Virus record (IMG/VR): IMGVR_UViG_3300045988_144418
Location: 1 to 64,000 of that record
From: a virus
Direction: 5' to 3' (one strand)
DNA: 64,000 nt
Shown here: positions 16,552-24,631 of the stretch, in pieces
Position numbering within the stretch: the first letter of the stretch is position 1
How the letters are laid out: each line of letters opens with the position of its first letter
The notes under the pieces: generated by a model
The model's input: the letters and a program-made list of their open reading frames with translations, nothing else
Told to the model about the DNA's origin: nothing
Databases searched by the model: none
Translations under genes and position numbers: made by a program

Positions 16552-18008
16552 CACTGACTGAAATATTCCTAAAGGCACGTTCTGGTGTATATGCCAATAC
16601 ATCCGAGAATCGTAGGCTTGGACGTGTTGGTCAGCGTTATGGTGTGTCTGAGCAGAGAATGCAACAGGAGCAGGATGAACGTTTGGCACGACGTAGGGCA
16701 CAGGAACGTGTTTCTGATCAGCAGTACGTCAAGGCTCAGGGATTGCTTTCAGCGTTGAAGAAACGTGGTCTTGATGAATTCTATATCAGCCGTTCGATTA
16801 CTGATTTTGGTGTTAGCACCTATGTTCAGGGTTATGGTCTAAAGTTTAGAATCAGTGATCATTCAGTTACGAATATACATCGTGTAATGAATGAGGATTT
16901 CTTTACCTATGATTCAGATGTGGAGAAACTTGCTGATTATGCGAAGGAACATTATGATGCTATTCAGGAGCGAGCTCGAAAGCGTGAGGAAGAAATGGAT
17001 AGGCGTCGTCAGAAGGAGCAGGAACTGGATAACTACTGGGAATCAATTTCAGGTGATTTTGACGGTAAGGGATTTGGAAGAAATGAGCGCACCTATGCCA
17101 AACCTGAGGAATTTGCAGCAAAGCACCCTGAATGGACTGATATCTATGCAGTTGATTTAGGCGGTGGAGCCTATGCTTATGAATGGGCGCAGAAGAAGAA
17201 TGGTTATGGCAGAACGAAGCCGTCCTATGCTTGGCTGGAATGGCATTGTAAAGAGCATGAAGTGAAGAAGTCCGTGTTCCTAAATCTTACGGAGCGATAC
17301 CTGATGAAGTCCTATAAGTACATTCGTCGTGAGTGGCGTAATGGGCGGTGGAGGTATTGGTATGATACTGTGTCTCCGAAGGAACGTTGGTATAAAGGTG
17401 GGTTTAAGGATATTCATGAGGGGTATTGGCACAATATTCACGGTGCGTTTGATAAATTGATGAAGGAACAAAGGGGTCAGGTTGAGGATGTCTTTAGTAT
17501 TAAATTGCCGTTTGTGTATATTGATGAAAACACTGGAAACTGGACTATTGCGAAGGATAGGAGCGGCAAGGTGATAAATCAGAAAGTCGGGGTTGATTTG
17601 GTATGGGGTGATAGACGGTTTGATGTCGGGCTTGATCATATTATTGATAAACATTTTCAGAAGTATGACCACTATCATAACATAGATGATATTGTTGATG
17701 CCTTGGATGATTCTGTAAAGGAAATGAATTCATCATTCAATGTGAACGTGGAGCCTTGTTTTGTTGATGAGAATGGTGCTAATTTAAGGAATCCAAATTT
17801 TGTTGTGACCACACCTAACGGCAATAGAATGGTGGTTGGTGTGAGGAAGTTTGATGATGGTAGCGGACATATTGCTGTGAAGCATTTTATATTGACATCA
17901 TTTGTGGTTGATGAAGACTGGATGAGTAGGCGTAATGATGCTTTTGAAAGAAACAGGCGTGTAACACAACAAAGGCAGCGGATGAATGATCCACTGCCTG
18001 TTGAGTGA
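16545..18008 (+). CDS. multi-domain hypothetical protein (487 aa) with an N-terminal NRRLGRVGQRYG motif; polyvalent-protein-like
   Basis: GVYANTSENRRLGRVGQRYG (16584-16643) is the same motif as in 5245..7014. Also contains an R/E/Q-rich linker, a W/Y/R-rich middle region and a C-terminal region with GLDHIIDKHF. Confidence 0.6.
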   Translation: MLTLTEIFLKARSGVYANTSENRRLGRVGQRYGVSEQRMQQEQDERLARRRAQERVSDQQYVKAQGLLSALKKRGLDEFYISRSITDFGVSTYVQGYGLKFRISDHSVTNIHRVMNEDFFTYDSDVEKLADYAKEHYDAIQERARKREEEMDRRRQKEQELDNYWESISGDFDGKGFGRNERTYAKPEEFAAKHPEWTDIYAVDLGGGAYAYEWAQKKNGYGRTKPSYAWLEWHCKEHEVKKSVFLNLTERYLMKSYKYIRREWRNGRWRYWYDTVSPKERWYKGGFKDIHEGYWHNIHGAFDKLMKEQRGQVEDVFSIKLPFVYIDENTGNWTIAKDRSGKVINQKVGVDLVWGDRRFDVGLDHIIDKHFQKYDHYHNIDDIVDALDDSVKEMNSSFNVNVEPCFVDENGANLRNPNFVVTTPNGNRMVVGVRKFDDGSGHIAVKHFILTSFVVDEDWMSRRNDAFERNRRVTQQRQRMNDPLPVE

Positions 18009-18214
18009 TGAAAAAGCCTTGCCAACTCTCTGTGGCCGTCCGATAGGGGCGTTAAACCACTCGCAAACACATTCTTTGGCAAGTTTGACAAAGGAGAACC
18101 TTTTAAGGGGAGAGTTACCCTTTGACTTTCACCACCGCAAATATAACGTGATTTCTTGGAATCACAATGAACAAGATAGAAAATTCGTGAAAATTATTAT
18201 AAAATATCCAGAAT

Positions 18215-19009
18215 ATGCTAAAGGATAGAAACATAATCGATGCTCCGGAGGCCTCCCTCTATGGACAGCCTCAGGTTCAGTTTAGACCGAACGACTTTGA
18301 TGCGGCCATCTGGTCACACGGATATGATGTTGTCTGTGAACAGGCTGTTAGATGTCCTTGCTGTGGAAGTTCTGATGCAGCACTTCCGGACTGTGAGAAC
18401 TGTCACGGATTTGGCTACTTCTTCATCAATCCAGTGCGTACCAAGGCTCTTATAACAGGCTTGAATCGTTCCACCAACTATGTTCAATGGAATCCAGAGT
18501 TGATGGGAACAGCGGCCATTACGGTTCGTGATGAGGATAAACGGCTTGTATCCTTTCTCAACAGAGTGACTGTTGAGGATGAAATTGCGACCTTTACGGA
18601 GTCACGGCTTGTTACCGAGACCGTTGATGAGAGCGTGATATGTTTCCTTTCCTATGCGCCTGTAACAATTGAAAGGGTGTATAAGTTCTATGGTTCCGAT
18701 CAGAAGTTGTATCGGCTGGATGATTTTTGTTATGAGATTATGGAGGATAATCCTTATTGTCTTAGATTCACGAAGGGAAACGTTGCGCCTGACACGGCTA
18801 TTTCCATAGTCTATACACATAGAGTTGAATATCATATAATAGATATGCCGCACGAGATAAGGGCTTCACTTGGCAGGGATAAGATGTCTGGACAGTTTCA
18901 GATATTGAAGATGCCTGTTCAAAGTATTGGCAGGAGAACTCATTTACTCGTGGGGAAGCCTAACTATGGCGGTGGCGGTCTGTTGATTAATGACGATATA
19001 GAGAGATGA
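18215..19009 (+). CDS. hypothetical virion protein with CxxC...CxxCxGxG zinc-finger-like motif
   Basis: VRCPCCGSSDAALPDCENCHGFGYFF is a DnaJ-type Cys-rich pattern. The gene lies in the head-tail joining region. Confidence 0.5.
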   Translation: MLKDRNIIDAPEASLYGQPQVQFRPNDFDAAIWSHGYDVVCEQAVRCPCCGSSDAALPDCENCHGFGYFFINPVRTKALITGLNRSTNYVQWNPELMGTAAITVRDEDKRLVSFLNRVTVEDEIATFTESRLVTETVDESVICFLSYAPVTIERVYKFYGSDQKLYRLDDFCYEIMEDNPYCLRFTKGNVAPDTAISIVYTHRVEYHIIDMPHEIRASLGRDKMSGQFQILKMPVQSIGRRTHLLVGKPNYGGGGLLINDDIER

Positions 19010-19779
19010 TGCCTTTGAATATAGATCTCAGTGAGGTGGTTGAGGAGTTTGCTCTTACGGCTACACAGTCAATGGAGCTGAGTGATGCTATCATTGACAG
19101 AATAGTCGTGGAGTACACTTCCAAATGGGAGAATCTTGTTGACAATAATCTAAAGGGGCTTCGCAATGTCTATAAGAATGCGATGTATGTTGACAAAAAG
19201 AGTTCCACGGAGGTTATATTTGGGTTGCGTGAGGGTGAGAATGGTCTTGCTATGGCCTTGGAGGAGGGCAAGGGGGCTTGGGATGAGAAGCCGTTCTTTA
19301 AGGCCTCTCCACGGAAGCGTCTTAAGGCTATGGGTGACGGCTGGTATTTGACAGTTCCGTTTAGACATGCCACTCCTGAAGCGGTCGCTGAATCAGGCAT
19401 ATTTCAAAGCGTTCTGCCGAAGGAGATTTACGATATAGCGAAGAATAATGGCGGTCGTGGAGTGTCTATGGCACAGCTTCCGGAGCAGTATAGGCAGCTT
19501 GGTAGCAGAAAGGAGATTGTTACAGCGAGGGGTGTTATACCAGAGTACACCCATAAGGCTCCGAAGTATCTCGGTTTGGTGCGTGTGAATGTTTCATCCA
19601 CTGACAAGGAGAACCGAGGCAGCTATATGACATTTAGGCGTGTGAGTGATAGAAGTGATCCTAACTCGTGGATTCATCCGGGGTTTGATGCTCATAAGTT
19701 TATGGATAAGGCATTGGATCAGGCTGACATCTATATTGTGGCGGATATGGCGATTGATAATTTTTTGGCGCAATTATGA
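19006..19779 (+). CDS. hypothetical virion (neck / tail completion region) protein
   Basis: Start and stop overlap the neighbouring genes by 4 nt. The call is positional only. Confidence 0.5.
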   Translation: MMPLNIDLSEVVEEFALTATQSMELSDAIIDRIVVEYTSKWENLVDNNLKGLRNVYKNAMYVDKKSSTEVIFGLREGENGLAMALEEGKGAWDEKPFFKASPRKRLKAMGDGWYLTVPFRHATPEAVAESGIFQSVLPKEIYDIAKNNGGRGVSMAQLPEQYRQLGSRKEIVTARGVIPEYTHKAPKYLGLVRVNVSSTDKENRGSYMTFRRVSDRSDPNSWIHPGFDAHKFMDKALDQADIYIVADMAIDNFLAQL

Positions 19780-20654
19780 TACTTGTAGCGAGAATTAAGA
19801 GACTTGTCTTAGGGCTGATTGACTATATTCAGCGAGATTATAACAGTGGAATTCCTGAGACACAGACATTTCTATATCAGATGTTCTGGGGTGCTCGGGA
19901 CGGGAGCTTTGATTTCTATGAACAGGCCAGAAAGATGTTTCTGCGAACCAATGAGAGCTCTCGTAAGGTGGCTGTCACACTGGAATATCCGAAGGATAAG
20001 GTGGCTCTTCCGTGTATTGTGGTTCGAGAGCCGTCACGTCAGCAGACACAGCCCAACCCACTGGGAGGAATCGGTGATCCGGAGAGTTCGTTTGGTGCTC
20101 CTGGATACCAGAGGGAAGCATTTAGTGTGACAAGCAATTCAAAGGTGAACCTGATGTGCTTTAGTGACAATCCTATGGAATCACTGTTGATGGGGGAGGT
20201 GCTTTATGCCTTGTTGCAGGGGGCGAGGAACACTTTTGAGGATGAGTTTCTGAACTTTTCGTTCTCCACGTCTGAGCTTGTGGCTGAGAATAGTTTGTTT
20301 CCTCTGCCTGTTATTATAAAGACGGTCTCCATAGATGTTACTGAGAGTGAGGATTGTGCTTCACTTATACGTCAGGACTTGATGTCGTGTGTGAAGTTTG
20401 AGTCACCTATTCCTGTCAGTGATTTTGAAAGGCCGGAGCCGGAGCCGATTGGAAAGTATTTCTTCTTTATCAATCCATATTTGTGGCTGGACGCCTTGGT
20501 GGCAGAGGGTGATATGGGTATTTTGTCGAACACGGACTGGGTTCTGGAATATGGTGGTGAACTATTCAACTTTGGCGTGGACATTCTTTATTTGAACAAT
20601 GAGAATTATGGTGAGCAGACAGTGATGGCGCAGACAACATGGACGCTTGAGTAG
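19776..20654 (+). CDS. hypothetical virion protein ending in a BACON first-half-like segment (...TTWTLE-stop)
   Basis: The C-terminus ELFNFGVDILYLNNENYGEQTVMAQTTWTLE parallels the C-termini of the next three BACON-type proteins. Confidence 0.55.
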   Translation: MILVARIKRLVLGLIDYIQRDYNSGIPETQTFLYQMFWGARDGSFDFYEQARKMFLRTNESSRKVAVTLEYPKDKVALPCIVVREPSRQQTQPNPLGGIGDPESSFGAPGYQREAFSVTSNSKVNLMCFSDNPMESLLMGEVLYALLQGARNTFEDEFLNFSFSTSELVAENSLFPLPVIIKTVSIDVTESEDCASLIRQDLMSCVKFESPIPVSDFERPEPEPIGKYFFFINPYLWLDALVAEGDMGILSNTDWVLEYGGELFNFGVDILYLNNENYGEQTVMAQTTWTLE

Positions 20655-20674
20655 TGAGGAATATGTTTTATAAC

Positions 20675-20682
20675 TATATTTG
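20675..20682 (+). promoter_or_regulatory. -7 box TATATTTG upstream of 20748
   Basis: Exact TAnnTTTG match in the 93-nt gap between 19776..20654 and 20748..21380. Confidence 0.4.
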
Positions 20683-20747
20683 CCTTATATAAAGGAAGGA
20701 ACTTTTTACAAGTTTTATTATAGTGTTTAATTAAATCTTTTTGTTCT

Positions 20748-21380
20748 ATGGCAAAAGCAGCTTGGTTGACTCTAAGTCCTACATCAGGACAGGGTAACGC
20801 AACCGTACAGAACACAGCTACTGTCCACACTGGACGTGTGCAGAGAACTACAACTGTTACAGGTGTAGCCACTGGAGTATCTCCTAACAAGACCTACTCC
20901 GCAATTCAGAAGCCGAAGCCTGAGTTCGTGTCCTTTGACAACGGCACGGAGATTACCGTCGGCAAGGATGGTGGTTCTCTCACCATTAAGGGTAAGTCCA
21001 ATTCCGCTAAACTTGCGTTCAGTCTTGTTGACAACGCAGAGGGTACGGTCAACGATCTTTCCCTTACTCTTCCTAAATCCTACACCGCAGCAGGTGCAGA
21101 CACCACCAACAATGTGGACATCACAGGCGACCCAGGAGCGGCAGCAGAGTATGAGTTTAGCATTACCTTTACAGGTATCGCTGAGAACCTTACTATCAAT
21201 GATCTTCAATGTGCTCTTGCTGTTACGGCAGGTGACAATGCAGCCACCGCTCAGATCACCATTAAGCAGACAGCCGGAGATCCTACCTTCAGCTTCGACA
21301 ATGAAAGCATCACTATCGAGGCAAGCGGTGAGGCTGTATCTCAGGGCATCAAGTCCAACACCGCCTGGACACTCTCGTAG
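20748..21380 (+). CDS. BACON/Ig-like repeat protein (210 aa), candidate virion decoration or whisker protein
   Basis: The N-terminus MAKAAWLTLSPTSGQGNATVQNTATVHTGRVQRTTTVTG is a BACON second-half signature. The C-terminus is ...IKSNTAWTLS. It is a paralog of the N-terminal part of 22232..24490, and a 21-nt identical stretch occurs at 21120-21140 and 22580-22600. Confidence 0.65.
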   Translation: MAKAAWLTLSPTSGQGNATVQNTATVHTGRVQRTTTVTGVATGVSPNKTYSAIQKPKPEFVSFDNGTEITVGKDGGSLTIKGKSNSAKLAFSLVDNAEGTVNDLSLTLPKSYTAAGADTTNNVDITGDPGAAAEYEFSITFTGIAENLTINDLQCALAVTAGDNAATAQITIKQTAGDPTFSFDNESITIEASGEAVSQGIKSNTAWTLS

Positions 21381-21415
21381 TGCCTTTGGGAATAGGTGTT
21401 TATTCGACAAAAATG

Positions 21416-21445
21416 GGGGTGGGGCATATTACCCCACCCCTTTTT
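21416..21445 (+). terminator. intrinsic terminator GGGGTGGGG-catatta-CCCCACCCC followed by TTTTT
   Basis: A perfect 9-bp G/C stem with flanking A- and T-tracts, so it may act in both directions. Confidence 0.8.
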
Positions 21446-21462
21446 AATTAAGGAGGGGAACC

Positions 21463-21648
21463 ATGATAAATGAGGAATTTGACAGAGAGGTGAAAATCAC
21501 AGGCAGATTGACTGAAGGAACTCTTCCAGCGGAGGATTCTTTTGTTGTTGTTCATCTTGGTCTGCGTGAGCCGTTTATACCTATGGGTGATGAAGATTCG
21601 ATGCTTGTGGCTGATGATTCCCCCTATGGGGTGCTGAAAGAGCAGTAA
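21463..21648 (+). CDS. small hypothetical protein (61 aa)
   Basis: ORF preceded by AAGGAGGGG, an unusual SD-like sequence for this genome. No recognisable motifs. Confidence 0.3.
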   Translation: MINEEFDREVKITGRLTEGTLPAEDSFVVVHLGLREPFIPMGDEDSMLVADDSPYGVLKEQ

Positions 21649-21690
21649 CACTATAATTTTTAATGAAAAATTGTTTTAATATCTTAGATT

Positions 21691-21906
21691 ATGGCATACA
21701 AATCAAAATTTACTGGAGCTGAAGTGGATGCTGCAATTGAGCAGGTTCGCAGTTGGAAGAATAATCCTTCCAGCATTATGACCTCAGAGCAGATTCTGGC
21801 GAATCTTACAGGTCAACAGATTATTGATAAGATCAACTCTGTGTCCGGGAACATTGTTTTCACCAAGTTTGTCGATGCACAGGGTGGGGCTGGAAACACG
21901 AAGTAG
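21691..21906 (+). CDS. small fibre-like N-terminal protein (71 aa)
   Basis: The MAYKSKFTGAEVDAAI start is fibre-like. The ORF ends at a TAG that is in frame with the next ORF. Confidence 0.45.
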   Translation: MAYKSKFTGAEVDAAIEQVRSWKNNPSSIMTSEQILANLTGQQIIDKINSVSGNIVFTKFVDAQGGAGNTK

Positions 21907-21909
21907 CGT

Positions 21910-22221
21910 ATGGCGGAACTTAGACCTTTCGCGACGGCCAAGCAAGCGGCTGATATCGGGGGCATCACTCCGACTGATATCGGCGTGTCTGCGACGGCCT
22001 TTGTTCGCAAGAGCGAGCTTGTCAGAACAGGCAAGTTCGACGAGACGAGCCTTGCTTCCTATCAAGGGGCTTGGTTCGTGAATCTGGATGCTGTTAAAAA
22101 GGCTTCTGGAGGATCCGTTGATACTTTGGAAGTCAGTCCTACTTCATTGAGTTTTACAGATGATCCAACTTCTGGAAAGACCATTCAAATCACGACTACT
22201 GGCAATTGGACAATAGAATAA
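21910..22221 (+). CDS. fibre/whisker-like protein (103 aa) ending in a BACON first-half segment
   Basis: ITPTDIGVSATAF is a fibre-like motif. The C-terminus is LEVSPTSLSFTDDPTSGKTIQITTTGNWTIE. Confidence 0.5.
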   Translation: MAELRPFATAKQAADIGGITPTDIGVSATAFVRKSELVRTGKFDETSLASYQGAWFVNLDAVKKASGGSVDTLEVSPTSLSFTDDPTSGKTIQITTTGNWTIE

Positions 22222-22231
22222 GGGGTGTATT

Positions 22232-24490
22232 ATGGCAAAATCATCTTGGCTTACTGTATTTCCTATGTCCGGCTCAGGGAACGCCACCTTGACGAATACT
22301 GGAACGAATCACACAGGACGTAATACACGTTCCACGAGTGTGACGGCCACCGTTAAGGGGCTTTTCGTTAGTCGTTCATATACAGTGGTGCAGAAAGCAC
22401 TTGAAGAGTTTGTATCCATTACAGGTGATGCGTCTGTCTCTGTTGATAGGGAGGGGCAGACGCTTACCCTGAGTGGGTTATCGAATTCTTCCAAACTAAC
22501 ATTTGCTTCAAGCTCTACGGATGTTATTGTTTCGTCATCCTATACGGTCAATGGCTCGACAGCTACCAATGGGGTGGTTATCACAGGCGACCCAGGAGCG
22601 TCCTCTCAATATGAGTTCAGCATATCAGTGACAGTTCCTGTAAACACTGGAACATCAGCTCTTAGTTTCACGATTACGGCTACGACAGCAAGTGGTGCAA
22701 AGGCGACGTGGACATTGAATCAGGCCGCTTCTGTTGTCACCTATACACTTACGCTTTCACCGTCCGTGTCCACGATTGCCGCAAAGGGTGGTTCGTCCAC
22801 TATTTTAGGCACGTTACGGACGTACAGAAATGGTTCGCTTATTTTAACGGATAGCGTTATTCCGACATGTACTGTGTCAGGTGCTGTGTTTAGTGTGTCA
22901 TCCGGAAATGTTGTGTCAGTCGGCACGCGTGGAACTATCGTGGGTGACACTCTATCAACGACCGTGACAGGTTCATATAAGAGCTCCTCCATGGATTCAA
23001 CGGTCACAGCCACTGTAATGGTATCTCAAGAAGCTAACAAGGTTGAGAGTTCCGTTGATTCAGGTGGGGAGGTCACTTATGGTGGTGTGTCCATCGGAAC
23101 CATCACGAATGCCACTATTGCGGCAAGCGGTGGCACTGGAACGGCTACGGCTGGAAAGGGGTCTCAAGGTAAGACTATTGCAGCCACATATCGTACTGAC
23201 ACCTATACGTCAGAAGCCACCAACACAGTGCAGACGTCAGAGGCTGTGACGACAACTGAATCCATAGATCCATCAGTTTCTTCTATTTCTGGCACGGCTT
23301 CTTCCAAGGGGACGACTGTCTCTGAAATTACCTTGGTGAAGTCTCAGGCTGTTACCTGGACTGGAAATGGTGGGGAGTCAGCTTCAGGAATGATGTATGT
23401 CTATCAGGAAGCGAACGGTAAGACTTTGAAACTTAATTCACAGCCTGTTACCTATAGTGATATTGGTGCTGATGGAGGTGCGGCTATACCTACAATTAAG
23501 GACTATCCTTGTCACTGGAGTTATACATCTGGATCCTATGAGGCCATTCCTCGTGAATCTATGAGTATATCATATAGCAAGCACTGGGGTGGTGGTAGTT
23601 CGTATAGTAATGCCGTAGTTGACACGTCCAACGGTTATGTGACAGCAGATAGTCTGGGTACAAATATAAAATCCAGGAGGAATGTGATTGATGTTAAGGT
23701 GAGGTTTACCATCGAAGTTGGCGTTTACGAGACCGATGTCATTTATGTCTATCAACAGGCAAACCAGAAGACATCCATTGAGTATGACATTCCGTCTGTT
23801 TCACTTACTGTTAATGATGATATTCCAGCAAGTGGTGGTATGATTTCCAGTGGTATGGTTACTTATTCTCAAGGTCAGAATCAGTATTATACTTCTGGAG
23901 CGTCTGAAGTGCTGTCAACAATTACATCTGGAGGGGTGATTTCCTATGGAGCACCTGTGAGTGCTGACAGTCTTGGCACAACAGTAAAATTAAGGTCAAG
24001 CGTTGGAACATTAACAGCCACCGTGACGCTGAACGGCAAGTCTGGTTCTGATACCGCTGATGTTTATCAGGAGGCCAATGAGGCCACCTATGGGGATGTT
24101 TCTGTTACGGCCATAACTCCAGTCTCCATTCCAGCGTCTGGTGGTTCAAGCACGATATCACCTAATGCAAGTCAGACTGTAAGCTATACATCAGGCAGCA
24201 CTCGTGCAGGAAGTGTGTCATTTGCTTATGAGATTAAGACAAGCAAGACTGGATTTAGTCTTAGCGGTGCGACGGTGACTGTGACACAGAATACGTCAAC
24301 GTCCCCTCGAAATGGTTTTGTGGTTATGGTTACGGCCACTGGAGAGGGGTCAAAGTTGGCCACCACTGATGTCACGTTCAATCAGGCTGGAGCATCATTG
24401 GAAGTCACTCCGACAGAATTGTCCTTTGTAGCTAATGGAGAGGGTAAGACAATTACCATTGCATCCAATGTGGATTGGACGATTTCTTGA
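22232..24490 (+). CDS. large BACON/Ig-like repeat protein (752 aa), candidate glycan-binding virion decoration or fibre
   Basis: The N-terminus is MAKSSWLTVFPMSGSGNATLTNTGTNHTGRNTRSTSVTA. It is rich in S, T and G, with four internal repeats each ending in V(Y/S)Q(E/Q)AN. The C-terminus is LEVTPTELSFVANGEGKTITIASNVDWTIS. Confidence 0.65.
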   Translation: MAKSSWLTVFPMSGSGNATLTNTGTNHTGRNTRSTSVTATVKGLFVSRSYTVVQKALEEFVSITGDASVSVDREGQTLTLSGLSNSSKLTFASSSTDVIVSSSYTVNGSTATNGVVITGDPGASSQYEFSISVTVPVNTGTSALSFTITATTASGAKATWTLNQAASVVTYTLTLSPSVSTIAAKGGSSTILGTLRTYRNGSLILTDSVIPTCTVSGAVFSVSSGNVVSVGTRGTIVGDTLSTTVTGSYKSSSMDSTVTATVMVSQEANKVESSVDSGGEVTYGGVSIGTITNATIAASGGTGTATAGKGSQGKTIAATYRTDTYTSEATNTVQTSEAVTTTESIDPSVSSISGTASSKGTTVSEITLVKSQAVTWTGNGGESASGMMYVYQEANGKTLKLNSQPVTYSDIGADGGAAIPTIKDYPCHWSYTSGSYEAIPRESMSISYSKHWGGGSSYSNAVVDTSNGYVTADSLGTNIKSRRNVIDVKVRFTIEVGVYETDVIYVYQQANQKTSIEYDIPSVSLTVNDDIPASGGMISSGMVTYSQGQNQYYTSGASEVLSTITSGGVISYGAPVSADSLGTTVKLRSSVGTLTATVTLNGKSGSDTADVYQEANEATYGDVSVTAITPVSIPASGGSSTISPNASQTVSYTSGSTRAGSVSFAYEIKTSKTGFSLSGATVTVTQNTSTSPRNGFVVMVTATGEGSKLATTDVTFNQAGASLEVTPTELSFVANGEGKTITIASNVDWTIS

Positions 24491-24512
24491 TTCTTGCTAT
24501 AAATTTATATTG

Positions 24513-24548
24513 AACTGGAGTGAGAATTCTCACTCCAGTTTGATTTAT
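24513..24548 (+). terminator. terminator: 28-nt perfect palindrome AACTGGAGTGAGAATTCTCACTCCAGTT followed by TGATTT
   Basis: A perfect inverted repeat directly after the stop at 24490. Confidence 0.65.
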
Positions 24549-24631
24549 AGCGAGCTGATTTTGCAGGAAAGCACTACCTTTACATCGTAATAGTATGAAC
24601 GTAGAATTTTTCATAAAATTATAATTACAAT

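Noticed and set aside
20784-21410. 208-aa minus-strand ORF, plus the plus-strand alternative-frame ORF 20935..21447
   Set aside because: Both overlap the BACON-type gene 20748..21380, whose frame shows paralogy to 22232..24490. The alternative frames are Cys/Arg/Leu-rich artefacts.
21120-22600. Diversity-generating retroelement (template/variable repeat) targeting the BACON or fibre proteins
   Set aside because: The only shared DNA is a 21-nt identical stretch (21120-21140 and 22580-22600) within clearly paralogous genes. No reverse transcriptase ORF and no adenine-specific mismatch pattern are visible in the window.
24550-24631. Promoter upstream of the sheath gene
   Set aside because: Only near-matches are present (TACCTTTA and TGATTTTG). 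Neither fits TAnnTTTG exactly, so no feature is called.
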